A stretch of DNA of 64,000 nt from Tubiluchus corallicola (Eukaryota; Animalia; Priapulida), in the NCBI GenBank assembly GCA_030141605.1, contig JAQGDQ010000565.1, positions 1 to 64,000 of the forward strand, read 5' to 3'. Under the pieces are notes generated by a model. That model was not told the DNA's origin, searched no databases, and saw nothing but the letters and a program-made list of their open reading frames with translations. A program made the position numbers and the translations under genes. Below are positions 48,480-60,700 of the stretch, in pieces. Position 1 is the stretch's first letter. The number at the start of each line of letters is the position of its first letter.

Positions 48480-48700
48480 ATTCTGGGTTGCGCGCATGCG
48501 CACTGCATCTGATGTCACAAACCTATGGAAAGCAAGAAGAGTCAGCGCGACACGTGAAGCTGCGAATCACTACAAGCTTGAACCTCGGGATTTCTGCTGG
48601 TGTCACGTGATAGCGCCGCACCCTCATCTCAGCTTGCTTCGCGCCAGCATCCCGAGCTCTCCAGCATCTCTTTCTGCATGCAACTAGACTGTATCGTGTC
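48480..48700 (+). promoter_or_regulatory. Candidate promoter with NRF1-type palindrome and E-boxes
   Basis: CGCGCATGCGCA at 48491-48502 (NRF1 consensus YGCGCAYGCGCR), CACGTG at 48551, GTCACGTGAT at 48602; locally GC/CpG-enriched unique sequence. Confidence 0.45.
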
Positions 48701-48795
48701 GTGCAAACGGAGAATTTGTAGACAGACGAGGTTTGGTTGCTCTTTCTTGGGACGTTTTTTATATTTTGTGATTTGTTTTCGATAACCTCACCATC

Positions 48796-48808
48796 ATGTC
48801 TGCACCAC
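48796..48808 (+). CDS. Candidate short first coding exon (MSAP-) of an unidentified gene
   Basis: ccatcATGTCTGCACCAC|GTAAGT just downstream of a promoter-like region; no partner exons recognised. Confidence 0.35.
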
Positions 48809-49303
48809 GTAAGTAGCATTTTGATTGGTACACTTTAGTGTGAAAATTTGAACGGGTCCCTGATGCTGCTGCAGTTATGAGCTCAGGGGCGTGTCCCTGA
48901 CCCGAGTGAACTCTGCATACTGAACCGTAACTTGACGCTCATAAAAATTCTAGCTATTCATTATCTTGAAAAGTAAATTTGTTTGGCTACGGAAATTACA
49001 GGCTTTTGGCGCTTGGAGTTTCAATGTTAAAGAATTTGGTCAATAGTAGCCAATTTAAAGGGGGCCAACCTATAAGTAACGCTTCAATTTTCTTATCAAC
49101 AGATGTCGCCACGCTATGCATAGAATTCGATTGTACTTGGCTTTTAACGGAAGTGGTGCTGACAACAAGCCACTGGCGTAGCAGTGTTTAGTTTTTTGCT
49201 GGATTACTGCTGCGTTTACCTGTCTGAAGGCAGATTTCTTTTATTTTAGAATTCTGCCTGCCCAATGTATACAATGGACGTGACGGGTAGATGATGATGA
49301 TGA

Positions 49304-52072
49304 TATTTATGAAGAAAATTTTGGATGTTTAGTGGATTTTCAACCAAATCTTAGCATGAAATCAACTATTTATGAAGAAGATTTTTGATGTTTAGAGAAT
49401 TTTCAATCAAATCTTAGCGTAAAATCAACTATTTATGAAGAAAATTTTAGATGTTTAGAGGATTTTCAACCAAATCTTAGCATGAAGTCAACTATTTATG
49501 AAGAAAATTTTGGATGTTTAGAGGATTTTCAACCAAATCTTAGCATGAAATCAACTATTTATGAAGAAAATTTTGGATGTTTAGTGGATTTTCAACCAAA
49601 TCTTAGCATAAAATCAACTATTTATGAAGAAAATTTTGGATGTTTAGAGGATTTTCAACTAAATCTTAGCGTAAAATCAATTATTTATGAAGAAAATTTT
49701 AGATGTTTAGAGGATTTTCAACCAAATCTTAGCATGAAATCAACTATTTATGAAGAAAATTTTTGATGTTTAGAAAATTTTCAATCAAATCTTATCGTAA
49801 AATCAACTATTTATGAAGAAAATTTTAGATGTTTAGAGGATTTTCAACCAAATCTTAGCATGAGGTCAACTATTTATGAAGAAAATTTTTGATGTTTAGA
49901 GAATTTTCAATCAAATCTTAGCGTAAAATCAACTATTTATGAAGAAAATTTTAGATGTTTAGAGGATTTTCAACCAAATCTTAGCATGAAGTCAACTATT
50001 TATGAAGAAAATTTTGGATGTTTAGAGGATTTTCAACCAAATCTTAGCATGAAATCAACTATTTATGAAGAAAATTTTGGATGTTTAGTGGATTTTCAAC
50101 CAAATCTTAGCATAAAATCAACTATTTATGAAGAAAATTTTGGATGTTTAGAGGATTTTCAACTAAATCTTAGCGTAAAATCAATTATTTATGAAGAAAA
50201 TTTTAGATGTTTAGAGGATTTTCAACCAAATCTTAGCATGAAATCAACTATTTATGAAGAAAATTTTTGATGTTTAGAGAATTTTCAATCAAATCTTAGC
50301 GTAAAATCAACTATTTATGAAGAAAATTTTAGATGTTTAGAGGATTTTCAACCAAATCTTAGCATGAGGTCAACTATTTATGAAGAAAATTTTGGATGTT
50401 TAGAGGATTTTCAACCAAATCTTAGCATGAAATCAACTATTTATGAAGAAAATTTTGGATGTTTAGTGGATTTTCAACCAAATCTTAGCGTAAAATCAAC
50501 TATTTATGAAGAAAATTTTGGATGTTTAGAGGATTTTCAACCAAATCTTAGCGTAAAATCAACTATTTATGAAGAAAATTTTAGATGTTTAGAGGATTTT
50601 CAACCAAATCTTAGCATGAAATCAACTATTTATGAAGAAAATTTTGGATGTTTAGAGGATTTTTAACCAAATCTTAGCGTAAAATCAACTATTTATGAAG
50701 AAAATTTTAGATGTTTAGAGGATTTTCAATCAAATTTTAGCGTAAAATCAACTATTTATGAAGAAAATTTTGGATGTTTAGAGGATTTTCAACCAAATCT
50801 TAGCGTAAAATCAACTATTTATGAAGAAAATTTTGGATGTTTAGAGGATTTTCAACCAAATCTTAGCGTAAAATCAACTATTTATGAAGAAAATTTTAGA
50901 TGTTTAGAGGATTTTCAACCAAATCTTAGCATGAAATCAACTATTTATGAAGAAAATTTTGGATGTTTAGAGGATTTTCAACCAAATCTTAGCATGAAGT
51001 CAACTATTTATGAAGAAAATTTTGGATGTTTAGAGGATTTTCAACCAAATCTTAGCGTAAAATCAACTATTTATGAAGAAAATTTTGGATGTTTAGAGGA
51101 TTTTCAACCAAATCTTAGCGTAAAATCAATTATTTATGAAGAAAATTTTGGATGTTTAGTGGATTTTCAACCAAATCTTAGCGTAAAATCAACTATTTAT
51201 GAAGAAAATTTTAGATGTTTAGAGGATTTTCAACCAAATCTTAGCGTAAACAATTATTTATGAACAAAATTTTGGATGTTTAGAGGATTTTCAACCAAAT
51301 CTCAGCGTAAAATCAATTATTTATGAAGAAAATTTTTGATGTTTAGAGAATTGTCAACCAAATCTTAGCGTAAAATCAACTATTTATGAAGAAAATTTTA
51401 GATGTTTAGAGGATTTTCAACCAAATCTTAGCATGAAACCAACTATTTATGAAGAAAATTTTAGATGTTTAGAAGATTTTCAACTAAATCTTAGCGTGAA
51501 ATCAACTATTTATGAAGAAAATTTTGGATGTTTAGAGGATTTTCAACCAAATCTTAGCGTAAAATCAACTATTTATGAAGAAAATTTTGGATGTTTAGAG
51601 AATTTTCAACCAAATCTTAGCGTAAAATCAACTATTTATGAAGAAAATTTTAGATGTTTAGAGGATTTTCAACCAAATCTTAGCCTAAAATCAACTATTT
51701 ATGAAGAAAATTTTGGATGTTTAGAGAATTTTCAACCAAATCTTAGCGCAGAATCAACTATTTATGAAGAAAATTTTAGATGTTTAGAGAATTTTCAACC
51801 AAATCTTAGCGTAAAATCAATTATTTATGAAGAAAATTTTGGATGTTTAGAGAATTTTCAACCAAATCTTAGCGTAAAATCAACTATTTATGAAGAAAAT
51901 TTTAGATGTTTAGAGGATTTTCAACCAAATCTTAGCCTAAAATCAACTATTTATGAAGAAAATTTTGGATGTTTAGAGGATTTTCAACCAAATCTTAGCG
52001 TAAAATCAACTATTTATGAAGAAAATTTTAGATGTTTAGATGATTTTCAACCAAATGTTAGCGTAAAATCAA
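49304..52072. repeat. 63-bp satellite, about 44 copies
   Basis: tatttatgaagaaaattttggatgtttagaggattttcaaccaaatcttagcgtaaaatcaac. Confidence 0.97.
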
Positions 52073-52515
52073 CCAAGAATTCGTTCAGGATTCGTTGGCT
52101 TTCTAATATAAATGCAGGCAAGCACCTCGTTGATAATTACGTGCTTGTCACGTTCGCGTCCAAATTGAACAGTAATTGTAAATAGAAGCTGTGTGTGTGG
52201 CTAGTACACGTGGTCACACTAGCTGCACAGGGATCGATTCTGGTCGAAGACATTCTCTCAGTATCTGATAGAAGTCTGAGAAATCGAGCTGTTTGATTAG
52301 TGCACGATTTTGAGTGACTGGAAATGACATGGATTCACAGGCCACAAGGACGTGGGTGGATCACGTGAAGCCCGCGCCAAGACTGGAGTTCAGGTGTATT
52401 TACTGAAAGTTTTAGCACGTTGTTCACAGTTACATTGTCCGGATGTAAAAGTCATCCTGTATTGAAGCCAGTAAGAGATAACCACACACATCTTCATTTC
52501 TGCCATTGTTGTTAG

Positions 52516-52539
52516 ATAGAGAAAGAGAGAGTAAGAGAA

Positions 52540-52610
<71 letters not shown>

Positions 52611-52612
52611 GG

Positions 52613-52692
<80 letters not shown>

Positions 52693-52714
52693 AGGAGAGA
52701 GAGAGAAAGAGAAG

Positions 52715-52757
<43 letters not shown>

Positions 52758-52857
52758 GGGAGAGAGAGAGAGAGAAGAGAGAGAGAAGAGAGAGAGAGAG
52801 AGAGAAAAAGGAGAGAAAAGAGAAGAGAGAGGAGAGAGAAAGAGAGGGGGAGAGAAA

Positions 52858-52921
<64 letters not shown>

Positions 52922-52981
52922 GAGAGAGAGAGAGGAGAGAGAAGAGAGAAAAAGAGAGGAGAGAAAAGAGAGAAAAGAGAG

Positions 52982-53038
<57 letters not shown>

Positions 53039-53040
53039 CG
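52516..53040. repeat. (GA)n microsatellite, imperfect
   Basis: Direct reading. Confidence 0.95.
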
Positions 53041-53924
53041 TCAAAATTTGTATTAGTTTGTATTAATTCAATGCTTTCTGTGTAAATTATCATGTGAATT
53101 TGTATGCTCCTGGTAAATCCAGCAATAGATTCTAAACTTCTGAACATTTTTGCCCATTGTTCGCATACAGTACAGTAAATCTATTATAACCCCTGGGCTC
53201 TACAACACCACTGCTGCCACTAAATCATTCCAGGGTCTATTGTTACATTTCTGTAACCTCAGCCAGCCTCCCGAGTTTCGCTATTTGTAATGATAATTGA
53301 GGTAGACCTGTCTTATTTACGTGCTGCAAGCATAAAGCTTGCTGTTACAACAGCAGTGACCACAAAGGGCTCTCACGTTATTAGATTCTGTACAGCCATT
53401 AGGGAAATCATATTTGCAAGTACAGTTCCAAGTGCCATTTCCTACAGGAAAGCAGACATAAAGGGGAAGAAAGTGGAATTTTAATGTACGAGCCCCCCCC
53501 CCCCCAAAAAAAAAAATTCCACGGAAGTCATATTAGTTGACGAACTGTGTACGCTCAACAGCTCAGGCGTGAGCACAGTGGTAAATTTGAAATTTGAATT
53601 TTTATCTTAAAACTTGCCTAGTTTTAGTACAACACACTGAATATCTTACAGTAGCACTGTACTTCAATTTTCACTTTCGCAAACACGTGAACATGCTCGT
53701 GAAATATTTTTGCTGTTGAAAAGAATGTTAGTTTGTGATGACATCAATAGTTGGGCTCGAGCGTCGTTAATTAAGTTTTTAATCTATTATTTAATTACCA
53801 GAAATGCTTCTGCAGTATTAGTTGTGTTAACATGTATACTTTTTACCCGGCTTAAAAATTGGGTGGTATATGAAAAATTATTCTGTCTTCCTTTAAGGGA
53901 ATTCCAGATGCCGTATTCCAGAGG

Positions 53925-55511
53925 ATTAAAGGACAAGAAAAGGGGTACATGAAGTTGGTTTCAGAAAAAAACGCCTTAAAAATTTATATTAGTTTATAGC
54001 AATTTTATGCATATATCGCACTCGCGTTGAAAGAATTTTTAGTTTGTCTTCATTTTAAAATCCCGCCACGCTGTTTCGACCGCGCCTTTACATGACGTCA
54101 TATGCGCACAACGGAAATCAGGGAAAAAGCAAATGTTAAACTATGTCCCAAAAATCTTTCCATGCAAATCTATTAGCGTTTCGCTTACCTGCAGAAAAGA
54201 TTTATGTAATTAGAAATAATAATTTAAAATGTTCGTGCCAATTGATAAAATGTCGCTGGCTCACCCTCCAGGGTTTTTAATCTTATTGACAAGATATACC
54301 ATGCCTTAAACTGGAACGATAAATGTCACAAAAACGCAATAATGGGCTGCTTCATCTATCACGCTAAGCACTCCAACTTATTTTTCCCTTTGAGGGTACT
54401 TACACACACGTCAAAAAACGTAGCTAAGACGCTCCTTACGGTTCAGTGGCTCATGCTAGAGTATTAGTGTTGGGAATAAGATGGGCTCCGGTTCCGCCTC
54501 GATTATTTTACATTAGTAGTAAGTTTTTGCGAATGCTTTATCTCAGCATACATTGTGCAAACTGTATAAAAAAACACATTACCGCGCCATCTAGCGCACG
54601 AAAGATAAAACTATTCGGGAGATGGGCGTGTGACGATTGGCTGTGATGTCACTGTCAGCAATGGAAACGGAAAGTGATTGATCGTGCACTCAAAAAACCC
54701 TGAAATATTCATGGAGAGAGTGGCTAGCTTGCGATGAATATGTGTGTAAGGCTGCATTCTTTTGCTCATTCCAAGAAATGGCACCTCCTTTAGGTCTCTG
54801 TGAAGAAACTTTGTATCGGACTACTTTCGGACTACTACCTCGGAAACTACTCGGACTATTTTCCATTTTTTGTTTATAAACAAATTTATCTATTTATTTA
54901 TAATATTTATATTAATTTATTTACATCTGTGAACTGAAGTGAAGAGACTTATATTTCCATTAAAACATCGTAAAATGTATCGACAGTGTATAGAAAGTAA
55001 AATTACAGCTAAAAGTACGAAGTACATAGTGCATGGTTAGTACACTGTACACATGCTAGCCTGAGAGATAACACACACGTCACTAACTAAGTAAAATTTT
55101 AAATTACTGTATCTTGTCAGTAAGATTAAAATAGGTTTCTGGTTAGTGAATGGCGCACCCTGGAGGGTGAATCAACGAGAGTTTACCAATTGGCACAAAC
55201 ATTTTAAATTATTATTTCTAGTTACATACCAGTCTCTGCAGCAGGTAAGTGAAATGCTAAGTAATATAGATTTGCACAAAAAGTTTTTTGGGACATAATT
55301 TAACATTTCCTTTTATTCCCCTGATTTGTGCATATATGACGTCATGTAATGGCGCGGTCAGAACAGTATTGAGGGAGATTTAAAATGAAAACAAACAAAA
55401 AATCCTTTCAACGCGAGTACGATAAACGCCTAAAACTGCTGCAAAGTAGTAAAATTTTTCAAGGTGATTTTTCTGAAAGCTACGTCTGGTGCCCCTTTTC
55501 TTGTCCTCTAA
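53925..55511. mobile_element. Two oppositely oriented copies (or long diverged TIRs) of TTAA-flanked repeat family C
   Basis: 53925-54297 is the diverged reverse complement of about 55110-55511 (TTAAAGGACAAGAAAAGGGG / CCCCTTTTCTTGTCCTCTAA); related pieces at 60556-61090, 5620-5930, 24600-25080 and 48060-48250. Confidence 0.65.
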
Positions 55512-56291
55512 CCGTAGTAAACATTGAAACAAGTATTTTACCGCATGAAGCAGGCAACGTTTCAAATGAAGCCATAAACGTCTTTTTGAAAGATAACTAG
55601 GTACTGTATTATCAGTGGTGCAGACAGAAATTCAACCACGAAGCCAAAAAAGAGGAGAAATCTCCGAAGATCTTATCATGTGTTGTTATTTCTCTATAAT
55701 TTCAGTGTCAGTCGCCAGAAGATTTAGTCTCTGGTTTCCAGATCAGCGGAAGAAGCCTGTTAATAATTACGGAAGAAGCCACGCTTATATTTATAATCAG
55801 CAAGCACACGTGGCTTCATTTTAACCCTGTCATCGCGAACGTTTAATGAAAATGTTACGAATTATCGCTTTATCCACATTGTTTATTTAAAACTGCGATG
55901 CGTTATCGGTTTAATCGTAATGTAATAGAGCATGGTCTGTCTGTCTGTCTGCCTGTAAAATAGCTTTTACTGTATAGCCACTTCGGGGCATTTTAATTTG
56001 TACAACATCAGAAAACTCAATGTTGCTCACAATATGTCAAAACATAAATTTTTTAATTAATTACATAATTTATTTGAATGTAATTACAGTCCTCGGTCTC
56101 TAATTATACAGCTTGGCGTAACTGGTTTTTATGTTATCTATAGGAAATGTGTGTTTAGTTTAATGACTAGATTTAATGGTAATACTAATGTTACATGTCA
56201 AAGTTTACTTCACAGAGATGCAAAATTTACGTGGCATATCAGACGCCATTGGTGGAATTTACTATGAACTGTGTAATAACTATTAACTATT

Positions 56292-56678
56292 ATACTAGGT
56301 GAGTCTTGAAATCTTGAAATTTGATCTTTGTTGCCAACTTGGCATGCCCAGTTTCAAGAATAATACTGTGAGGAGATACTAGGTGAGCCTTGAAATCTTG
56401 AAATTTGATCGTTGTTGCTGGCTTGGCATGCCCAGTTTCAAGCATAATACTGTGAGAAGATATTAGGTGAGTCTTGAAATCTTGAAATTTGATTTTTGTT
56501 GCTGGCTTGGCATGCCCAGTTTCAAGCATAATACTGTGAGAAGATACTAGGTGAGTCTTGAAGTCTTGAAATTTGATCTTTGTTGCCAACTTGGCATGCC
56601 CAGTTTCAAGCATAATACTGTGAGAAGATACTAGGCGAGTCTAGAACTCTTGAAATTTGATTTTTGTTGTTGGCTTGA
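56292..56678. repeat. 84-bp tandem repeat, about 4.6 copies
   Basis: atactaggtgagtcttgaaatcttgaaatttgat...gcatgcccagtttcaagcataatactgtgagaag. Confidence 0.92.
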
Positions 56679-56949
56679 CCTTCCAGAGAGGTAGGACTCA
56701 TTTGAGTTTTGTTAGGTCAATCCATGATGGATCTCATAAAGGCATCATTTGCCATCCTCTTTTTTTGGTAAGTTTTGTGTAGTTGTAGCGCACATTAGAC
56801 TGTTTTACAACAAGCTGCAAAAAGTTTACCTATGTGACGCCAATGTAAGGAACGAATTATTGAATCACTAAAATGTAGCAGCTTGTCATTGATTAGTATT
56901 AATAATAATTAAAAACTAATTAATAATTAATTAATTAACGAATAATTAA

Positions 56950-57732
56950 TTAGTCCCCAAAACGATTCATGGTTTCATTATAAACTTTTAGACCAAAAAA
57001 GTCTTTAAATGTGTACAGCAAAGTTGACAACACTTCGTTCATGTCTGGCCTCCTCTCTGCATCCAACCGACACTTCTCTTTTAGCAATTTCAGTCTCTCT
57101 TGTATCAAACCTGTGCACGTCAGATTCCCGAGGAAATGATTCAGAACTGAAGGAACTTTCCAAATATCTAGCTGTTTCTGATGTCGAGATACGGAATCAA
57201 TACAATCGATATCATCTTTATCCCTGCAATGCGAATTCTTGTATTTTTTGAACTCTGGGGCCAAAAATCTTTTATATTTCTGAAATGATCTTCGAAGCCA
57301 TCTAGGATATGGGTCTAGTCCGAGCTTGTACAAGTCGTCAAGGTCCGACAAGATGATTCTAAGATCATTTGTGATCAAATATTGTGAAGCCAATTTTTGC
57401 CTCATCTGTGTGTCAGCTATATAATAACCAAAGCTGTACAGGTACATCTGCGACATAACATAGTCAATACACATGCGCAGACGTATCTTTGCTTCTTCTT
57501 CTTCTTCTAGTTTGAGTTTATTAAACACAGATTTGACCTTCCTAGAGTCTGAGAATGGAAAGTATGGCAAGACTAGATTTCTCGTTTTGTTGCAGAAACC
57601 TGCTAGCTGTATGAGACGTGTATTTGGTGGGAATAGTTTGTAGCTGCGCAAGCTGCGAGCCCATTTGTACACACGTTTACTCTTTATGGTTGTAACCAGA
57701 AGAGTATAGTTGTTCCACTCGGCTTTGTAAAA
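56950..57732 (-). CDS. POMK: POMK-like terminal exon (most of the kinase domain)
   Basis: Acceptor ttttattgcAG|TTT TAC; 260 open codons carrying the SQYL..., SDLDD, APE and DIWK motifs. Confidence 0.88.
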   Translation of the reverse strand, partial: FYKAEWNNYTLLVTTIKSKRVYKWARSLRSYKLFPPNTRLIQLAGFCNKTRNLVLPYFPFSDSRKVKSVFNKLKLEEEEEAKIRLRMCIDYVMSQMYLYSFGYYIADTQMRQKLASQYLITNDLRIILSDLDDLYKLGLDPYPRWLRRSFQKYKRFLAPEFKKYKNSHCRDKDDIDCIDSVSRHQKQLDIWKVPSVLNHFLGNLTCTGLIQERLKLLKEKCRLDAERRPDMNEVLSTLLYTFKDFFGLKVYNETMNRFGD

Positions 57733-60700
57733 CTGCAATAAAATAAGTGGAAATAAATTTGCAGTATTTGATGCAAGAGCAGAAATTTTTCAACCTTTAT
57801 ATATATATATATATATAAACACCTAAAAAATGTCATGAGCGTGTAAGTAAACTTGTATTTTTAATAAGGGGCAGCTGATCAAGTGACCGATAAGTCTTTC
57901 GCTGGTCCTTCTCAGTTGCCATAAAATGTAAAAATAATTATGTCGAATTTTAACTGCTATTGAGAAAATAAAATTGAATTGAATTGAATAGCTTGCTTTT
58001 TTAGTCTAGTCTATAGCCTGGAGTCTTTCATTTACTTACGTTCTTAACACGGCCTAGTGAAGTCTTCAACTTTGTTTTCGTTTCCATTAATTGGTGAATT
58101 TCCTCGCATCTCAGTAGCTTGTGGCACTTTGTCATGTTAGCCAATGAAAAATATCCTCGACGACACAAGAAAAAACATTCAGTTGCATTAGCCACGTAAC
58201 TCCATGAACAATGAACCTTGCCTAAAAATAAAAAACGATGATATCTTCAAATTTAAGCCTACTACCTGTTTTAATTTTCAAAGCAGCAAAGCATTGTGAC
58301 AAACCATCTATTATTTATGATATTTTTGTTTACTTGTTTGTCACCTTTTCATTTCACAGTCAAGTTCTTTATAGTGATAGCGGTAGCACTTGCTAGTGTA
58401 ATTTGCTTACATTAAATTAGTCACTATAGTAGTACTGTATTGTTAGTCTAATTAGTGTAGTAGTGTAGGAGTCCCACTAACACCCCCCCTCGTCTTGTGA
58501 TTGTGTTCTGCAATACCTGCAATACTCGCGACTTATTTCAAATGTGTGAAACCCGTACAGGTATGAAGTGTACATGATACATACGTCACAGCTATAGCCT
58601 GAGACGTGCAACCTGGCAGTCAGTCGGCCGTTATTGAAAGGCTTAGGTCACGTAAAATGACCATCGTCTGATCTTCGCATGTCTGTGAAAAGACAGTCAG
58701 AAATGTCGATTAGCATCGTCGATGTTGTAGTGCAGTAGACGTCGCTGTTTCTTCTGTCAACAGCCATTGCTTACAGTGCTGACGGGTCTTTGTCGAGTAC
58801 GTTGTCTTGGTTTGATGAGGTGGTTACCGTTACCGTCATTGTCTGAGGATTCGTTCAAACCTGAAGTCACGCTAAAGTTTATGGTGGACAAGTCCATTGT
58901 TGGTGGAGCAAACCATAGTTGTTAAATCCATGGATGTTACCCCACAGGTTAGCAGCTGCCGTTTCACACAATGTTCATGGAGTTTCTGGTAAGCCAAGAC
59001 TCTTGTACTTTGTACTAGCTAGCATAATCCCGTTTGTATATGGTCATCGTTGGATTGCCGTCATCGAGAGTGCGCCATCGTTTGCACGTGCTACCCCCAC
59101 TAACACCTCCCTTCTCTATTATTAGACTAGAGAATACATTTGCTGTGTTATTGTGAACTATTTCTTTTCTCCTGGTTGTCAATTAAATTTTGTTATATAC
59201 CGCTTAATAGTTGGTTTGACATTCTATCTACCATCGAATATTACTGGCTCATTAAGACTCCTAGGCTCGGGTTCCGCGTGCCCCCGTATGAAACAACAAA
59301 GCCTTAGCCTGGCTCCAGGATTCTAATAGTAAATTATCTAACTCTATAGAAGCCCAGAACCACGTGTTACACCTCGTCTATAGGGCGGTCGTGCCTGCTT
59401 TTCATGACGTTGAGACTCAGAGTACGTAACCTATAGACATGGCGTCACAAGCATGATGCATTGTTATGTTAATCTTTTGCTGTTTCACACAACAACAAAA
59501 ATGATTTGTTGTTAGCAGTCTAGATAAAGCCTCTATTAAAGTTTTATTACTGCAGTTGAATCAACCAGACTAGGCATTCAAGGAAGTCCTCTACAGTTTA
59601 TATCATCTTATCTATCTGAATGATCTCGGTATGTAAGCATTATTTGTAATACATCTAAAACATTCTTCTTGGCTCACAGGGTGCCACAGGGATCTCTTCT
59701 AGGACCATCCCTTTTTACAATGTTCTATGGTTTGTGTCATCTTATTTATCTGAACAATCTCGGTGTGTAAGCATTGAGGATAAGACTTCTAAACTGTTCT
59801 CCTTAGATCACAAGGTGCATGACTATATCATTGTTTTACTAGAGCAGCTATACTGGTACCTATTCATTATAAAACACTTTTCAAATTGTCAACAATAGTA
59901 AATATTACCTCACCGTTTTCCAGTCTCAGTTTTTTTTTGCTAAACGTTTTCCAAAAATTCTTTGCCATTGCGTACAATTATGCTAATGTCTTGATTTCTT
60001 TTTTCAAACACGCTGCTCTGTCCTACCTGCTCTGTCCGATACCAGTGAACGTGGTGGCTTAATGTATGAGGTTTCGGTAACTGACTTCTGGCATGTTGCA
60101 TTGGAACAGTCCAACTTCGCTGCCTTATAAATGGCTGCATTCGTAACGCCGTGCTGACGCGCCAAGGAATCTGAAATAAAACAGATCGTTGAAAACCAAA
60201 AGACAAATATAAGTTAAAATCACTTTTAAATGAATTCAGTGACTGATAAATTATGCTAAAATTTTGGAAATATTTGCTTCTCTTGAATTCGGCAGCCTTG
60301 TGTCTACTTTAGGGCTAATCAGTTGACTAATTTGATCTGGGTCAGTAGTCTTCTGAATTTTGTGAAGTTAAGATGTGTTATAATGAGTTTATAAGATATT
60401 GTACTTATGAGTCTACAATTGCTAATGATCTAAGGCTAATAATGTATGTATATCATTTAATTTCCTAAAAATTAGTTATTTAGGTAATCGCTATAATAGT
60501 TATTAATTACCACGACGCTGAGGTGCATAACTGCTAAATTACATAAAATTTACCTTTAAAGGTGAATCGCCTTAAAAAATTTTATTACTTTATAGCAATT
60601 TTATGCGCAATTCATACTCGCGTTGAAAGAATTTTTTGTGTTCATTTTAAATTTCCCTCAATACTGTTCTGACAGCGCCATTACATGACGTCATATACGC

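Noticed and set aside
49482-52185. ORFs of repeated KSTIYEENFGCLEDFQPNLSV as a repeat protein
   Set aside because: They arise from a 63-bp satellite, are interrupted by stops and a frameshift, and have no credible splice signals.
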